NCBI GenBank assembly: GCA_038087875.1
Contig: JAXLNO010000113.1
Coordinates: 124,001-188,000, forward strand
DNA length: 64,000 nucleotides
Direction: 5' to 3'
Source: Malacoraja senta
Taxonomy: Eukaryota
Both the position numbers and the translations under genes were made by a program. Below the pieces are notes generated by a model that worked only from the letters and a program-made list of their open reading frames with translations, ran no database searches and was not told where the DNA came from. How positions within the stretch are numbered: the first letter of the stretch is position 1; each line of letters starts with the position of its first letter. This document shows, one piece after another, positions 35,970-50,100 of the stretch.

Positions 35970-38117
35970 CTTTTTAAAAAAAAATCTTTTAATTGTTTTT
36001 TTCCCCCCAAAAAACAAAAATAAAACATAAAAAACAGAGCAAAAAGAATAATGATAAACATAACAATGGAACTGATACATAGGGATCAGGATTACATTAA
36101 TAACAGGTATAACCTAATATGAGACCAGTGTCAAAATACACAGTGAATATAGACCTCCAGGTCTCTATGTAAATATAGTTAAATCTTTAAAAGGAAACTT
36201 ATAAATGTAAAAAAAAGCAAAGATAAAAAGACAAAAATAAAAATAAAAAATAAAAAAGCAAAACCCCCCTAAAGAAAAAAAGAAAGAAAAATTGATAATA
36301 ATAAAATAAGAATAAAAGTAAAATAAATAAAAAGAGCAAAACCGAATCTGAACTGAGAAATTCAACAATATAAGACTGTTTGTAGTCAAGTCCGTTCCAC
36401 CCTATGAAGGTAAAATAGTTTTTATAACGGTTAAAGAGGGAGAAATTTATGTTGTATGAAAGTGTTCAATAAATTTTCCCCAAGGCTTATCAAATTTAAC
36501 CAAGGGTTCAACAATGTCACTTCTGATTTTTTCTAAATTTAAACACGATATTGTTTCAGGATACCACTGGAGTGTGGTCGGAGGGTTGGAATCTTTCCAT
36601 TTAAATAAAATAAATCTTCTGGCAATTAATGTGGTAAAAGCAATCAACCGATGGGCGGAGCGGGACAAATGAATAGAATCTAACATTGGTAACCCAAAAA
36701 TTGCAGTAATAGGATGAGGTTGTAAATCTATACCTAAGACTACAGAAATAGTATCAAAAATGTATTTCCAATATTTTTCCAAAAGAGGGCAGGACCAAAA
36801 CATATGGGTCAGTGATGCCACTTCAGAGTTACATCTATCACAGGTAGGATTTACATGACCATAGAAACGAGCTAACTTATCTTTTGACATGAGCTCTGTG
36901 AACCACCTTGAATTGTATCAAAGCGTGTCTTGCACACATTGAAGAGGCATTAACTAATTGAAGAATCCTCTCCCATTTCTCTATAGATAAAGAAATTTGG
37001 AGTTCTCTTTCCCAGTCATTCTTAATTTTATCAAATGTATCTATTTGTAATTTCACAATCAACTCATAAATAGTAGTTATTAATCCTTTCTGATAAGGGT
37101 TCAACTGTAAAAAAAAATCCAAAATTTCGGGTTGATGTGGTAGCGGAAAAAGGGGTAGGGTAGCCTTCAAAAATGTCTAATTTGTAAATATCTAAAAAAG
37201 TGTGAATTAGGCAAGTTATATTTATTGGAGAGTTGTTCGAAAGACATAAAACAACCCTCCAAAAACAAATCACGAAAAGCTACTAATCCCTTCCTCTTCC
37301 ATAACAAAAAGACTTGATCAGTACTAGATGGTTGGAAGAGAAAATTGGATAAAATAGGATTCGATAAAATCATTTAGTCCAAAAAACGTACAAAATTGAA
37401 ACCATATTCGGAACGTATGTCTTATTATTGGGTTCGTCGTATATTTATTCAATCTCGTAATTGTAAAAGGTAACGAGGCCCCTAGAATAGAAGCCAATGA
37501 TAGTCCTTGTAAGAAATCACGTTCTAGGTTTATCCATCCAGGGCATTGGGTATCTTCTAAATCTTTTGTCCAAAATGTTAAATAATGAACATTGACTGCC
37601 CAATAGTAGAGTCTAAGGTTCGGCAGTGCCAAACCACCAACTTTTTTTTGATTTCTGTAGGTATTTTTTACCTAGTCTGGGATTTTTATTCTGCCATATA
37701 TATGAAGAAATTTTGGAGTCTATAATATCAAAGAAAGATTTGGCAATAAAAATTGGTATCGTCTGTAATAAATACAGAAATTTAGGTAAAATGAAAATTT
37801 TAATAGCATTGATTCGGCCAATTAAGGATAAGGACATTGGTGACCATTTAGTAAACTGATGGTCACCAATCAGTTTACTAAATGGTCAATTAAAGGCATA
37901 AAATTAGCTTTAAATAAATCCTTGTGTTTCTTGGTGATCTTAATACCTAAATAAGTAAAACTTTCGGTAATCAATCTAAATGGAAACTGTCCATAACTCG
38001 AAACAAAATTATTTAATGGGAAAAGTTCACTCTTACTAAGATTTAGTTTATAACCAGAAAAACTACTAAATTGATTAAGTAATACTACTATTGCTGGAAT
38101 AGATTTCTCAGGGTTAG
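35970..38117 (-). mobile_element. L1-clade LINE, 5'-truncated, same family as 44178-50089
   Basis: SLIGRINAIK..ILPKFLYL, LALPN...YYWAVN and CDRC...ASLTHMFWSCP motifs; frameshifted. Confidence 0.93.
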
Positions 38118-39326
38118 TTCTTACAGGGTTAGTGATGCTAAGTTCTTACAGCACCACTTTTTGCTCAACCTTCCAGCGTCTGCAATTTCCTGTGGCTCCA
38201 AGTAATTTTATCCATGATTGCAACATTGTAACATGTTAAATATGATTGATCATTACAGCCACTAATTCATCATACTGGCAATGTGCATTATTGAAAGATG
38301 TCTCCAGTATCTTAGGTTTTCTTCAGTTCTTGATTCCAGAACCTTTGTTACCTAGGGAAAAGACAGGTGCTTGGGAACACATCTCTTCATAGCCTTCAAC
38401 CCAGTCTATCCTTCTTTGAAAACACATTTAGCTTTTTCACTACCATAGCACCTGTCAAAATTATAGAACCTACCTAAAAGCACAACGGGAAACATTCAGT
38501 CCAATGGCCTCAGGGGTTCAAGGAAGAAAATAAATATTGGCCTATACTGTCATACCCACATCCTGGAAACAAATAATCAATGTTGAACCCAGCCAATTAG
38601 CAGGTAAAGTTGTACTTGTCAAACCTTGGTGACAAAATAATCCCAAAGTCCAAATATTCCAGGTGTCTAATTTCACCTAACTAACATGAGATAGAAACAC
38701 ATAGTTGTCAATTATTTTTAATTTAAGTATCACTTTATAATCCTTTTCTGGCTGAAAGAATAGGCAAAAAATAACCTAACTATTTACATGACGACTTTGA
38801 TTTGGAAGCCAAGGGAAAATGCCGACGTGTCTACATTGGAGACCAAAAATATGACCATAGTCCAATGGGACCCAACAGTGTGTGTTTGGTCAGTTTTGAA
38901 AAAAGAGGCTCTTGGACTCAGCTCAGAATAGGTTTGGCCAGCAGCCACTAATTTTTGATAAATAAATGCTCCAGTAAGGTCTCCAGATATTCTATTTGGA
39001 AAGTAGAGAAAATTTATGCACACAGATTGTTCAGATTTTATGCTGCCAAGTGTTGGTGATAGGGAACTTGGTTCAAATGCAGGCAGTGCGAGATGGTCTT
39101 TTACTATTCTTGAGCAAATCAATTGTATTTAGCCAGTCTCTGTTAAAAGAGGTAGAAGATTCATTGTGATCAGGAGGATTCGGGAAAATTTGGGAAGTTG
39201 ATGAAGATGGCTAATAGCAGGGAGGAAAACGTTTTTTGGGGTTTTATCTGAAAATCAAGTTGAAAAATGAACATGGTACGGGAACCCTCCGAATTCAGGT
39301 TAAATGGACAGAAACAACAGAATATA

Positions 39327-40705
39327 TAGTGCCCTCCATAATGTTTGGGACAAAGACCCATCACTTATTTATTTGCCTCTGCACTCCCCAATTTGAGATT
39401 TGTGAAAGAAAAAAAGATGTGGTTAAAGTGCACATTGTCAGATTTTAATAAAGGCCATTTTTATACTATTTCACCATGTAGAAATGACAGCAGTGTATAT
39501 ACATAGTCCCCCCATTTCAGCGCACCATGATGTTTGGGACACAGCAATGTCATGTAAATGAAAGTAGTCATGTTTAGTATTTTATTGCATATCCTTTGCA
39601 TGCAATGACAGCTTGAAGTCTGCGATTCACGGATATCACCAGTTGCTGGGTGTCTTCTCTGGTGATGCTCTGCCAGGCCCGTGTTGCAGCCATCTTTATC
39701 TTATGCTTGTTTTGGGGGCTAGTCATCTTCAGTTTTCTCTTCAGCATATAAAAGGCATGCTCAATTGGGTTTAGATCAGATGATTGACTTGGCCACTCAA
39801 GAATTGACCTTTTTTATCTTTGAAAAACTCCTTTGTTGCTTTAGCAGTATCCTTGCAACCATTGTCTTGCTGTCGAATGAACCTTCGGCCTATGAGTTTT
39901 GAGGCATTTGTTTGAACTTGAGCAGATATGATGTGTCGATACACTTCAGAATTCATTATGCTTCAATCATCAGCAGTTGTATCATCAATGAAGATAAGTG
40001 ACCCAGTACCTTCAGCAGCCATACATGCCCAGGCCATAACACCCCCACCACTGTGTTTCACAGATGAGGTTGTATGCTTTGGATCTTGGACAGTTCCTTC
40101 TCTCCTCCATACTTTGCTCTTGCCATCACTCTGATATGTCAATCTTCGTCTCATCTGTTCACAAGACCTTTTTCCGGAACTGTGGTTGCTTTTTTACATA
40201 CTTCTTGGAAAAAACTGTAACCGGGCCCTCCTTTTGTTGCGGCTAACCAGTGGTTTACATCTTGCAGTATAGCCTCTGGGTTTCTGTTCATGAAGTCTTC
40301 TGCGGACTGTGGTCATTGACAAATCCACACCTGAAGAGTGTCTCTGATCTGTCGAACAGGTGTTTGGGGATTTTTCTTTATTATAGAGAGAATTCTTCTG
40401 TCATCAGCTGTGGAGGTGTTCCTTGGCTTGCCAGTCCCTTTGTGATTAGTAAGCTCATCAGTGCTCTCTTTCTACTTAATGATGTTCCAAACAGTTGATC
40501 TTGGTAAGCCTGTTTGGCTGATGTCTAACAGTTTTATTCTTGTTTCTTACAAGGGGGGGGGGGGGGGGGGGGGTGACGACTATGTATAAGCACTGCTGTA
40601 ATTTCTACATGGTGAAACCAAAATGTATAAAAATCTCAAAATGTGGAGTACAGATGCAAATAAATAAATGATGGGTCTTTGTCCCAAACATTATAGAGGG
40701 CACTG
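39327..40705 (-). mobile_element. Second Tc1 IR/DR copy, internally deleted
   Basis: TA|TAGTGCCCTCC...GAGGGCACTG|TA; transposase remnants in ORFs 39771..39956 and 39963..40154; same family as 13508-16663. Confidence 0.94.
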
Positions 40706-40815
40706 TATGTCTAGCTGGAATGGAATATTCTGTTATAATATGGTTGACCATTAAGAAAAAAATTAAGCTCTAGTTTAGATCAGGATCAGATTGGCTGAGA
40801 AAATATTATTCTTTC

Positions 40816-40938
40816 GAAAGGGTCTCGACCCGAAACATCACCCTTCCTTTTTGCCAGAGATGCTGCCTGAGCCACTGAGTTACTCCAACATTTTGTGTCT
40901 ATCTTCATTGTAAACCAGCATCTGCAGTTCCATCATAC
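40816..40938 (+). mobile_element. Penelope-end fragment
   Basis: gaaagggtctcgacccgaaacatcaccc...gagatgctgcctgagccactgagttactcc. Confidence 0.68.
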
Positions 40939-41542
40939 AAATATTATTTATAAGTAGCTAACTGAGCAAACTTCCAGTTTACATGTTGAGGAGTTAAGAT
41001 TTATTCTACGATTCCATACAACTTCTTATGTACTCAACATTCCAGATTTATTTGAATATGGTGACAACAATAACTTTTGGACATAAAGACCAGAGAAGAC
41101 AATTTTGTGTAAGGCCAGATCAGCTCAATATGAATAAACTATATTTATTTAAAAGGAGGGACCATACACAAATTTTAAGCATTCTGGCAATCCCTTCCAG
41201 TTTGCATCACCTCAAGTAGAACCTTCCTTCCATAGGCAATCCAAACAGCTGGCAATCCTTTTTACATTTTTGAGCAAAACTACTAGGAATTATAAAACTG
41301 ATAGTCTTTAATTTCAGGCAAGTGTTGAGTGCCAACAACAAGTTTAATGCACTGGGAGTGAAAAAAAAAATATTCTTACGAGTTAAGAATATTAACTCGT
41401 AACATTAACACAAAAATAAATCCACAATAATTAATAATACAATAAATTGTCAGCAACACCAGGTAACCAGACCATAATAGCCAAAGCAAAGTACACAGTG
41501 CAATCAAAACAAAGTCCTTAGTAGAACATTATTGAGATAGGG

Positions 41543-41683
41543 AAGATAGACATAAATGCTGGAGTAACTCAGGAAACATCACCCATCCTTTTTCTCCAGA
41601 GATGCTGCCTGAACCGCTGAGTTACTCCAGCACTTTGTGTCTATCTTCGGTACATACCACCATCTACAGTTCCTTTCTACACG
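41543..41683 (+). mobile_element. Short Penelope-type insertion with an inverted 5' piece and a 14-bp TSD
   Basis: Flanked by ttattgagataggg (41529-41542) and ttgttgagataggg (41684-41697); the first 30 nt are the reverse complement of the element's 3' part. Confidence 0.7.
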
Positions 41684-43149
41684 TTGTTGAGATAGGGTCG
41701 TGCAGTGTAGTTCAAGAGCTCGATGAACCGTACCGACTCTCTAGATTTCTAACATTTTGAAAATTAAAAATAAAAACAAAAATTACTTTAAAATTGCAGA
41801 TGCTGCATAACCTGATGGATATTTCCAGTACTTTCTGGTTATACTATCATCCTGCTGTTTTGGGAACTGAATGTGCAAAATTGGGCTGTTGTGGCTTGCA
41901 CTGCAGTTGTAATTGTTGTGTTCAAAAAACAACTTTTGGTTTTGAAGTGCTTTGGGCACAATGAAATAAATGAGAAAGGCACTAAATAAAAGGCAATCCT
42001 TCTTTCCTGCACTTTTAGTCCGTTGACAAAATTGCCTTAAGAGCAGAAAAATAATTTTCAATTTTCAATATGAGCAGCAGCTGATGGAATGGTGAGAGAA
42101 GCTCTAGAACGTCAACTGCAAGAGACATCAAGTACGGGCGGGAGGACGACAGATCCTAGGCTTAAGTCGTGGATGGAAGTTGTTTTATTTCCGAGTTCTG
42201 ATGGAAGGGTCTTCTACCAGATGTATTAAAATTGCTTCTCTTACCACAGATTGCCTGTACTGCTGAGCATTTACTGGATTTTGTTTTAGTTCAGATTTCA
42301 AGCATTTATTGATTGCTTTTCTTTGCCTTTCGTTGTCTTTGTCTTTCATTGCTATTATTTTGTTTTTCATTGTCCAAACTGGCATCTGCCACAAACGTCA
42401 ATTTAAAGCCGCTCTGAGGAATCAAAATACTTATAATAGATACAATTCCTTAACATGTATGGTTTTCAATAAAAAATAACTTGTTGCCATTAAAATACAT
42501 TTCATGACAAGTCGCCAATGTATGTTGGTGATTGAAGGAAGGAATGAATGAATGAATGTTCGGTATGGCGCCAATTAAGTGGTCTGGCTTGGTTGATCAA
42601 GCTTCTTCAAAGTTGTTCTAATACATGCAGGTTGAGTGTATTCCATCGTGCTCCTGACTTGTGCCTTGTAGATGACGGAAAGGCTTTGGGGTGTTAGGTG
42701 GTGAATTATTTGCCAGATATTGATGATTCAGGATCAAACGCTGATAATACCATTGAATGTTTTAGGGTAGGTGGGTGCAGACACTTGTTGCAAATGTTTT
42801 TTTTTTAACCTTTTTGCACTACAAATATCAAGTGTATGTTGAGGAACCCCTATCACGATGCCCTGACATTACGATCACTGACATTGAATATCCAATTACA
42901 TTTCAGCAAGGCATGATTGCAAACAGTTTTTTTGTGTGAGATGTCAATTGGTTTGAGTTTTACCAGGAATCCTTACCAACAAACAGTTTATTGCCTTGAT
43001 GACAGGAGCCCTCCCTCTCACCTCAGCTCTAGGTCAAGCACAGGGTGCTATGGATACAAGTTTGCTTAAAATAATATCTACTGTCATTTGGTAATATACC
43101 TCAAAGTAATAATTATATAGAAATTAATAGAATGTGAAGGTTGAATAGA

Positions 43150-43510
43150 TTGGCATGGCAGTGCAGCTTGGGGAGTCCTTACCTCACAGTGCTGGACATG
43201 GGTTCATCCTGACCGTGGGTGGTTTGTGCAGTGTGCGTGCTGTTTACACATTTACTCTGTGATTCCATGTGTTTCCTCAATGTGCTCCCGTTTCTTCCCA
43301 CCTCCAAAAGATGTGCAGGTTGGTAGGTTAATTAACAACTGTAAATTGCCATGAGTGTGAAGATGTATGGTAGAATAAGATGGAGTTGATGAGAAAGTAG
43401 AGAAAATAAAAAAACTGGAATTAATGTAGGATTAATGAAAACAGGTGGCTAATGATCAGCGCGCACTCATGGGTCAAAGATACGGATTCCAGCCAGTATC
43501 TTTGACTATG
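43150..43510 (+). mobile_element. Degenerate tRNA-derived SINE (V-SINE-like)
   Basis: cctcacag...gggttcatcctgacc B-box-like head; cccacctccaaaagatgtgcaggttggtaggttaatt core. Confidence 0.7.
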
Positions 43511-44762
43511 AGATTAGTATTACCTTAGAATTGGGGATGATCAGCCATGATCACGTTGAATGGTAGTGCTGGCTTGGAGGGCCGAATGGCCTACTCCTGC
43601 ACCTATTGTCTATTGTCTTATTAAAAATGCTTTTCACTGTTTGCCAAGTATAGTTGAAGTACATGTTACAGCAGTTCAAGTAACAATCACAAATCACTAC
43701 TAAAATAATTTTAATTCAAATTTTAAATTTGTGAAAAAACATAAATAAACAAAATAAATGCAGAGAATTTAGTTTACCAAGGACACCAATTGCAAGCTGC
43801 CAGTTCATTGGGAGGCCAATTGAGATTTGCTTTGGAAAATGACAAGGCAATCACCTCTATTGATACTTTATCGCAACAATGCAACATCCATTTCTAGTTA
43901 ATTAAAACTATTTTCTTCTGCTTACTGTATAATCAGAATTTCCTTGCCACACATCCACCCAGTGACATTACTGTTGAGAATGCATTTCCACTTATAACAT
44001 GGGATTCGATGAGGAAGGGGGGGGGAAGAAAGGGTTTTCTTTATGGAAGATCTTGATACAAGCAGTTTCCAAGGTATACAATCACTCCATAATGTGCAGA
44101 TTCACATAGAAAATGGGGCACAGTGCAAAGGGGAAGTAAAATAAATTAGTAAATCCAAAGAGGTTAAGGATGTGTCTTTCTTTTCTTTTAAAATCTTTTT
44201 ATTAGTTTTTTTTCCAAAAAACAAAAACAAAACAAAAAAGACAGAGCTAAATGAGTAATGATAAACATAACAATGATATTGATACATAGGGATCAGGATT
44301 ACATTAATAACAGGTATAACCTAATATGAGTCCAGTGTCAAAATACACATTGAATATAGACCTCCTTAAAATTATTTTAGTAGTGATTTGTGATTGTTAC
44401 CTGAACTGCTGTAACATGTACTTCAACTATACTTGGCAAACAGTGAAAAGCATTTTTAATAAGACAATAGACAATAGGTGCAGGAATAGGCCAGCATTCC
44501 ATGTAAATATAGTTAAATATTTAAAAGAAAACTTAAAAATGTAGAAAAAAACACAAAGATTAAAAGACAAAAAAAGAGGAAAACTAGAAGAAACAAAACC
44601 CCCCCCTAAACTAAAGAAAAAAAGAAAGGGAAAAAAAAACAAAAAAACAAAGCAAAACAGACTCTGAACTGAGAATTTCAACAATTTAAGTCTGTTTGTC
44701 GTCAAGTCCGTTCCACCATATAGAGGTATAATAGTTTTTATAACGGTTAGAGAGGGAGCAAT

Positions 44763-47700
44763 TTATGTTGTGTGAAAGTGTTGAATAAATTTTCCCCAAG
44801 TCTTATCAAATTTAACCAAGGGTTCAACAATGTCACTCCTGATTTTTTCTAAATTTAAACATGATATCGTTTCAGAGTACCAATGGAGTGTGGTCGGAGG
44901 GTTGGAGTCTTTCCATTTAAATAAAATAGATCTTCTGCCGATTAGTGTGGTAAAAGCAATCAACCGATGGGCGGAGCGGGACAAATGAATAAAATCTAAC
45001 ATTGGTAGCCCAAAAATTGCAGTAATAGGATGAGGTTGTAAATCAATACCTAAGACTACAGAAATAGTGTCAAAAATGTATTTCCAATATTTTTCCAAAA
45101 GTGGGCAGGACCAAAACATATGGGTCAGTGAGGCCACTTCACAGTTACATCTGTCACAGGTAGGATTTATATGACCATAGAAACGAGCTAACTTGTCTTT
45201 TGACATATGAACTCTGTGAACCACCTTGAATTGTATCAAAGCGTGTCTTGCACACATTGAGGAAGTACTAACTAATTGAAGAATCCTCTCCCATTTCTCT
45301 ATAGATAGAGAATTTTGGAGTTCTCTTTCCCAGTCATTCTTAATTTGATCAAGTATATCTATTTGTAATTAAAAAATCAACTCATAGTCTTTATTAATCC
45401 TTGCTGATAAGGGTTCAAATGTTTAAAAAAAGCAAACATTTCGCTTTGATGTGGTAACGGAAAAAAGGGTAGAGTAGCCTTCAAAAAATGTCTAATTTGT
45501 AAATATCTAAAAAAGTGTGAATTAGGTAAATTATATTTATTGGAGAGTTGTTCAAAAGACATAAAACAACCATCCAAAAACAAATCACGAAAAGCTACTA
45601 ATCCCTTCCTCTTCCATAACAAAAAGGCTAGATCAGTACTAGAAGGTTGGAAGAGAAAATTGGATAAGATAGGACTCGATAAGATAAAGTCATTTAGTCC
45701 AAAAAACTTAAGAAATTGAAACCATATTCGAAACGTATGTCTTATTATTGGGTTAGTCGTATATTTATTCAATCTCGTAATTGTAAAAGGTAACGAGGCC
45801 CCTAGAATAGAAGCCAATGATAGCCCTTGTAAGGAATCACGTTCAAGGTTTATCCATCCTGGGCATTGGGTATCTTCTAAATCTTTTGTCCAAAATGTTA
45901 GATAACGAACATTGACTGCCCAGTAATAGAATCTATGGTTCGGCAATGCCAAACCACCATCTTTTTTTGATTTCTGTAAGTATTTTTTACTTACTCTGGA
46001 ATTTTTATTCTGCCATATGTATGAAGACATTTTGGAATCTATAATATCAAAGAAAGATTTGGCAATAAAAATTGGTATAGTCTGAAATAAATACAGAAAT
46101 TTAGGTAAAATGAACATTTTAATAGCATTGATTCGGCCGATTAAAGATAAGGACATTGGTGACCATTTAGTAAACTGTTGTTTAATATGGTCAATTAAAG
46201 GCATAAAATTAGCTTTAAATAAATCCTTGTGTTTCTTGGTAATCTTAATACCTAGATAAGTAAAACTTTCAGTGGTCAATCTAAGTGGAAACTGTCCATA
46301 ATTCGAAACAAAATTATTTAATGGAAAAAGCTCACTCTTGCTAGGATTTAGTTTATAACCAGAAAAACTACTAAATTGATTAAGTAATGCTACTATTGCC
46401 GGAATAGATTTCTCAGGGTTAGAAATGAATAATAACAGATCATCTGCATAAAGAGATAGCTTATGTGTCTTATTCCCGCGGACAATACCAAAAATATTAG
46501 GGGATTCCCTAATAGCGGTGGCCAAAGGTTCCAAAGCAATATCAAATAGTAAAGGACTTAAAGGACAGCCCTGTCTAGTACCTCGAAAGAGCCTGAAAAA
46601 AGGGGATCTCTGATTATTAGTAAGTACAGAAGCCTGAGGTATATGATATATCAGCTTGATCCAAGAAATAAATTTTGGACCAATCTTAAATTTTTCAAGT
46701 GTATTGAATAAGTATTCCCATTCTACTTTATCAAACGCCTGTATATACAATATTCATTAATCTTCTAACGTTAAAGTATGAGTAACGATTTTTAATAAAA
46801 CCTGTCTGATCTTCAGAGATAATTTGCAGTAAAATATTTTCCAATCTAATACCTAATATTTTGGAAAGAATTTTGAAATCTACATTTAACAGTGATATAG
46901 GTTTATATGATGTCACTTCAGTAGGGTCTTTATCTTTTTTAAGGATTAAAGAAATAGATGCTTCATAAAAAGATTGTGGTAATCTATTCCTTAAAATGGC
47001 TTCTTTAAATACCTTGCATAGCCAGGGAGACAATAAATTTGAAATATACTTAAAATTCTACTGTAAACCCATCTAAACCGGGAGCTTTCCCAAAATTCAT
47101 TGAAATAATTGCTTCTGTATTTCTTCTTCCGTGATGGGTTCATCCAATAACAGAGAATCATTATATGGTAAATTTGGTAAGTGCAGTTTCTTTAAAAACT
47201 CATGCATTATATTGGAATCAGTAGGAAATTCTGATTGGTATAGGGAGGTATAAAATTCCTGAAAGGATTTATTAATTTCGCCATGGTCTACAGTTAGTGT
47301 ACCATCCCGTTTACTCACTTTAGTAATCTGACGCTTGGCCGACACCGCTTTCAACTGATTAGCGAGTAATTTACCAGATTTTTCGCCATGTATATAAAAT
47401 TGACTTTTGGTTTTAAGTAGTTGGTTCTCAATCGGTGATACTAATAACAAATCATATCTCAATTGAAGTTTAACTCTATTCTTATAGAGCTCTAAACTAG
47501 GAGCTTTTGAATATTTTATATCAATTTCTTTAATCTCGTCAGCCAATGTACATATTTCTTTTTTGAGTTTTATTTTAAAATCCCGCGGAGTATGAAATAA
47601 TTTGTCCATGAATACATGCCTTAAAAGCATCCCAGACTACACCATTGGATATTTCTTCAGTAGAGTTTGTCAAGAAGTAAAAAGCAATCTGATCTTTAAT

Positions 47701-48480
47701 AAAATTAATAAAGTTTAAGTCTTGAAGCAAAGTAGCATTAAATCGCCATTGTTTAGCACTAAACTTGGAATCAGGTAGTTTGATTGATAGTTTCAATGGT
47801 GCGTGATCAGAAATAGCAATTGCATCATACTCACATGCAGTGACCGATGAAACTAGCCGAGAATCTATTATAAAGAAGTCAATCCTAGAATAACTATGAT
47901 ATACATGAGAGAAAAAAGAAAATTCTTTGTCATTTGGGTGTAAGAATCTCCAAACTTCTAACATTCCAGAGTCAAGTAAAAAATAATTAATAAAACTAGC
48001 TGATTTATTTGGAAGCACATGATCAGATGTAGATCTGTCAATCAAGGGGTTCAGACAGCAGTTGAAATCTCCACCCATTATTAAAAAGTGTTCATTTAAA
48101 TTAGGAAAGGATGCAATTAACTGTTTAAAAAACTCAGGGTGATCAATATTTGGTGCGTATACATTCACCATAGCAACCTTTTGCTTATAAATCACCAAAA
48201 ATATGCCATATGGATCAGAAATTGTTTCATAATGAACAAACGGAATTGAGGAGTCAATAAAAATAGAGACTCCTTTCACCTTAGCCTGTGAATTTGAATG
48301 AAACTGCTGTCCTCTCCAAAACTTGAAAAATTGTTGATTGTCATCTTGCCTTACATGAGTTTCCTGAACAAAGATAATCTGAGCATTTAGTCTGCGAAGA
48401 GCGTTAAACATTTTTTCCCTCTTAATGGGATGGTTCAAGCCATTCACATTCCATGAAAGGAAGTTAGTAACTTTATCCAT
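44763..48480 (-). pseudogene. L1 ORF2 (APE endonuclease, RT, C-terminal Cys-rich region), frameshifted
   Basis: SWNVNGL, QETH, GGDFN, SRIDF, ISDH, GTRQGCPLSP, LYADD and CDRC..HMFW.C motifs. Confidence 0.93.
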
Positions 48481-49049
48481 ATTGCTTGTAAAAATCATGT
48501 GGGATGTAGAGTTAATTTCTTAAAGCCTAATAGTTCATGATACTGGAAGAAGAATCTAGGGCGGAGCCAGAAGTGATGACATTTCAGACATTTTTGTAGT
48601 TCAGAATTTGCACAAATGAAGAACACTAAATAAGAAACAAGAGACTCCTCCCCCCTCCCACCACTGTAAACCCAAAACTGACCAATAGACAGTCAGTAAG
48701 CTACCTAATCCCTTCCCTACCCCCATCTCTCCTAGCAACAGTGCCCGACATAGAAAAGATCATATTTTGCCACTCCATAGCCATAACACGGCCATTGTTA
48801 TCGTTTGAAAGAGAGAAAAACAATACATGCTGGCAATGGAACACATTATTATCCAAGGTCAAAATATGAAAAACAAGAACTGCGTTCCCTTAATTTGTCT
48901 AACGACAGGGGAACACAAATTAATAAAGAAATTCTTAAAAATTTGTATATATAAAAGAAAAACAACTCGTCCAGTTTAATTCTTAATCATTACCAAATGA
49001 TATGTTGTCAAAATAGGAACAGTAAATCTCCAATTATAACTTAATCAGC

Positions 49050-49916
49050 TATCAATTACTCCCCTTCACCCTCGTAACTCTCCAAAAAGCTGGAAGCGTC
49101 TTGAGGATTGTTAAAAAATTAAGTGTTACCATTGAAAAGTCGTATACGCAGTCTAGCTGGATAAAGTAAGGCTGGGCATAGCTTTTTCTTAAACAGATCA
49201 GACATTACATTATGAAAGGACTTTCTTATTTCCAAAAGCTCGTAACTATAATCAGGAACAAACCGAAACTTGCATCCTTCAAATTCAACCACGCCCAACT
49301 TTTTTTGCTGCCTGGAGAATATTCTCCTTCATTTGCAAAAAGTGAAACCGAATAATCAAGTGTCTCGGTTTATTACCAGATTTCTTCCCAATCCTGTGTG
49401 CGTTATCCAAAAACGGAAGATTTTCATTGTGCTCAATGTTGAAAGCCTCCTTTATCATTTTAAAGCATATTTTATAACATTATCTACTTCTTGACCTTCT
49501 GGCAAACCAACAATTCGTAAATTCAATCGACGGCTTCTGTTTTCCAGGTACATATTTTTAGTCTTATATTGTTGAAGTGCTCGAGTATTTTCATTCATTC
49601 TCCGGTCCAGTTTTTCAATCTTCAAATCTCTCTCCTGGCCCAGGGTTCGCAAGTTATCAATTTGTTCCTTTTGTTCACGAAGTTCATCTTGTAACATAGA
49701 CAGCTTTCCTTGAACTTCCTTCAATTTGGTCGAAACTCCTTTCACCATTTCTTCCAAACTGCCAAATCTTGTTTTCATTTCATTTTTCAGTTCATTTTTC
49801 AATTCATCCTTCATTTTCGATATTGCTTCTATGATACTAGAGTCAGAAGCTGTGGCTGTGGTTGTGGCTTTCCCCTGTTCCTTCCTTGGGGAGCCTCCTT
49901 TCCTTCTTGTCTCCAT
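49050..49916 (-). pseudogene. L1 ORF1 (coiled coil, LENRSRRLNLRIVGLPE, YPARLR), frameshifted
   Basis: ORF 49455..49988 plus the downstream frame. Confidence 0.88.
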
Positions 49917-50100
49917 CCTTTTCACAATTAAGGCGTGTAAAAGTATTATCAACACTTTATGAAAAGGTAGACCGTGCCTTGAAGTCAAGTAGTCACAAGT
50001 AACATTGAAAGAGTGGTAAGTGAAAGTTAAAAGTTAAGGGAGCAAACAAATTTGCAACCTTTACAGCATGCTACCACTAGGAGAGTCCCAGGATGCGTCT

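Larger units (their letters stand above)
44178..50089 (-). mobile_element. Full-length (5.9 kb) degenerate L1 LINE with TSD
   Basis: TSD aggatgtgtct (44167-44177) and aggatgcgtct (50090-50100); 5' end GGGACTCTCC; A-rich 3' end; ORF1 and ORF2 remnants; inserted into an old CR1. Confidence 0.95.

Noticed and set aside
41980..42110. Non-repetitive blocks that could be conserved non-coding elements (also about 12080-12420 and 43770-43930)
   Set aside because: Conservation cannot be judged without alignments.
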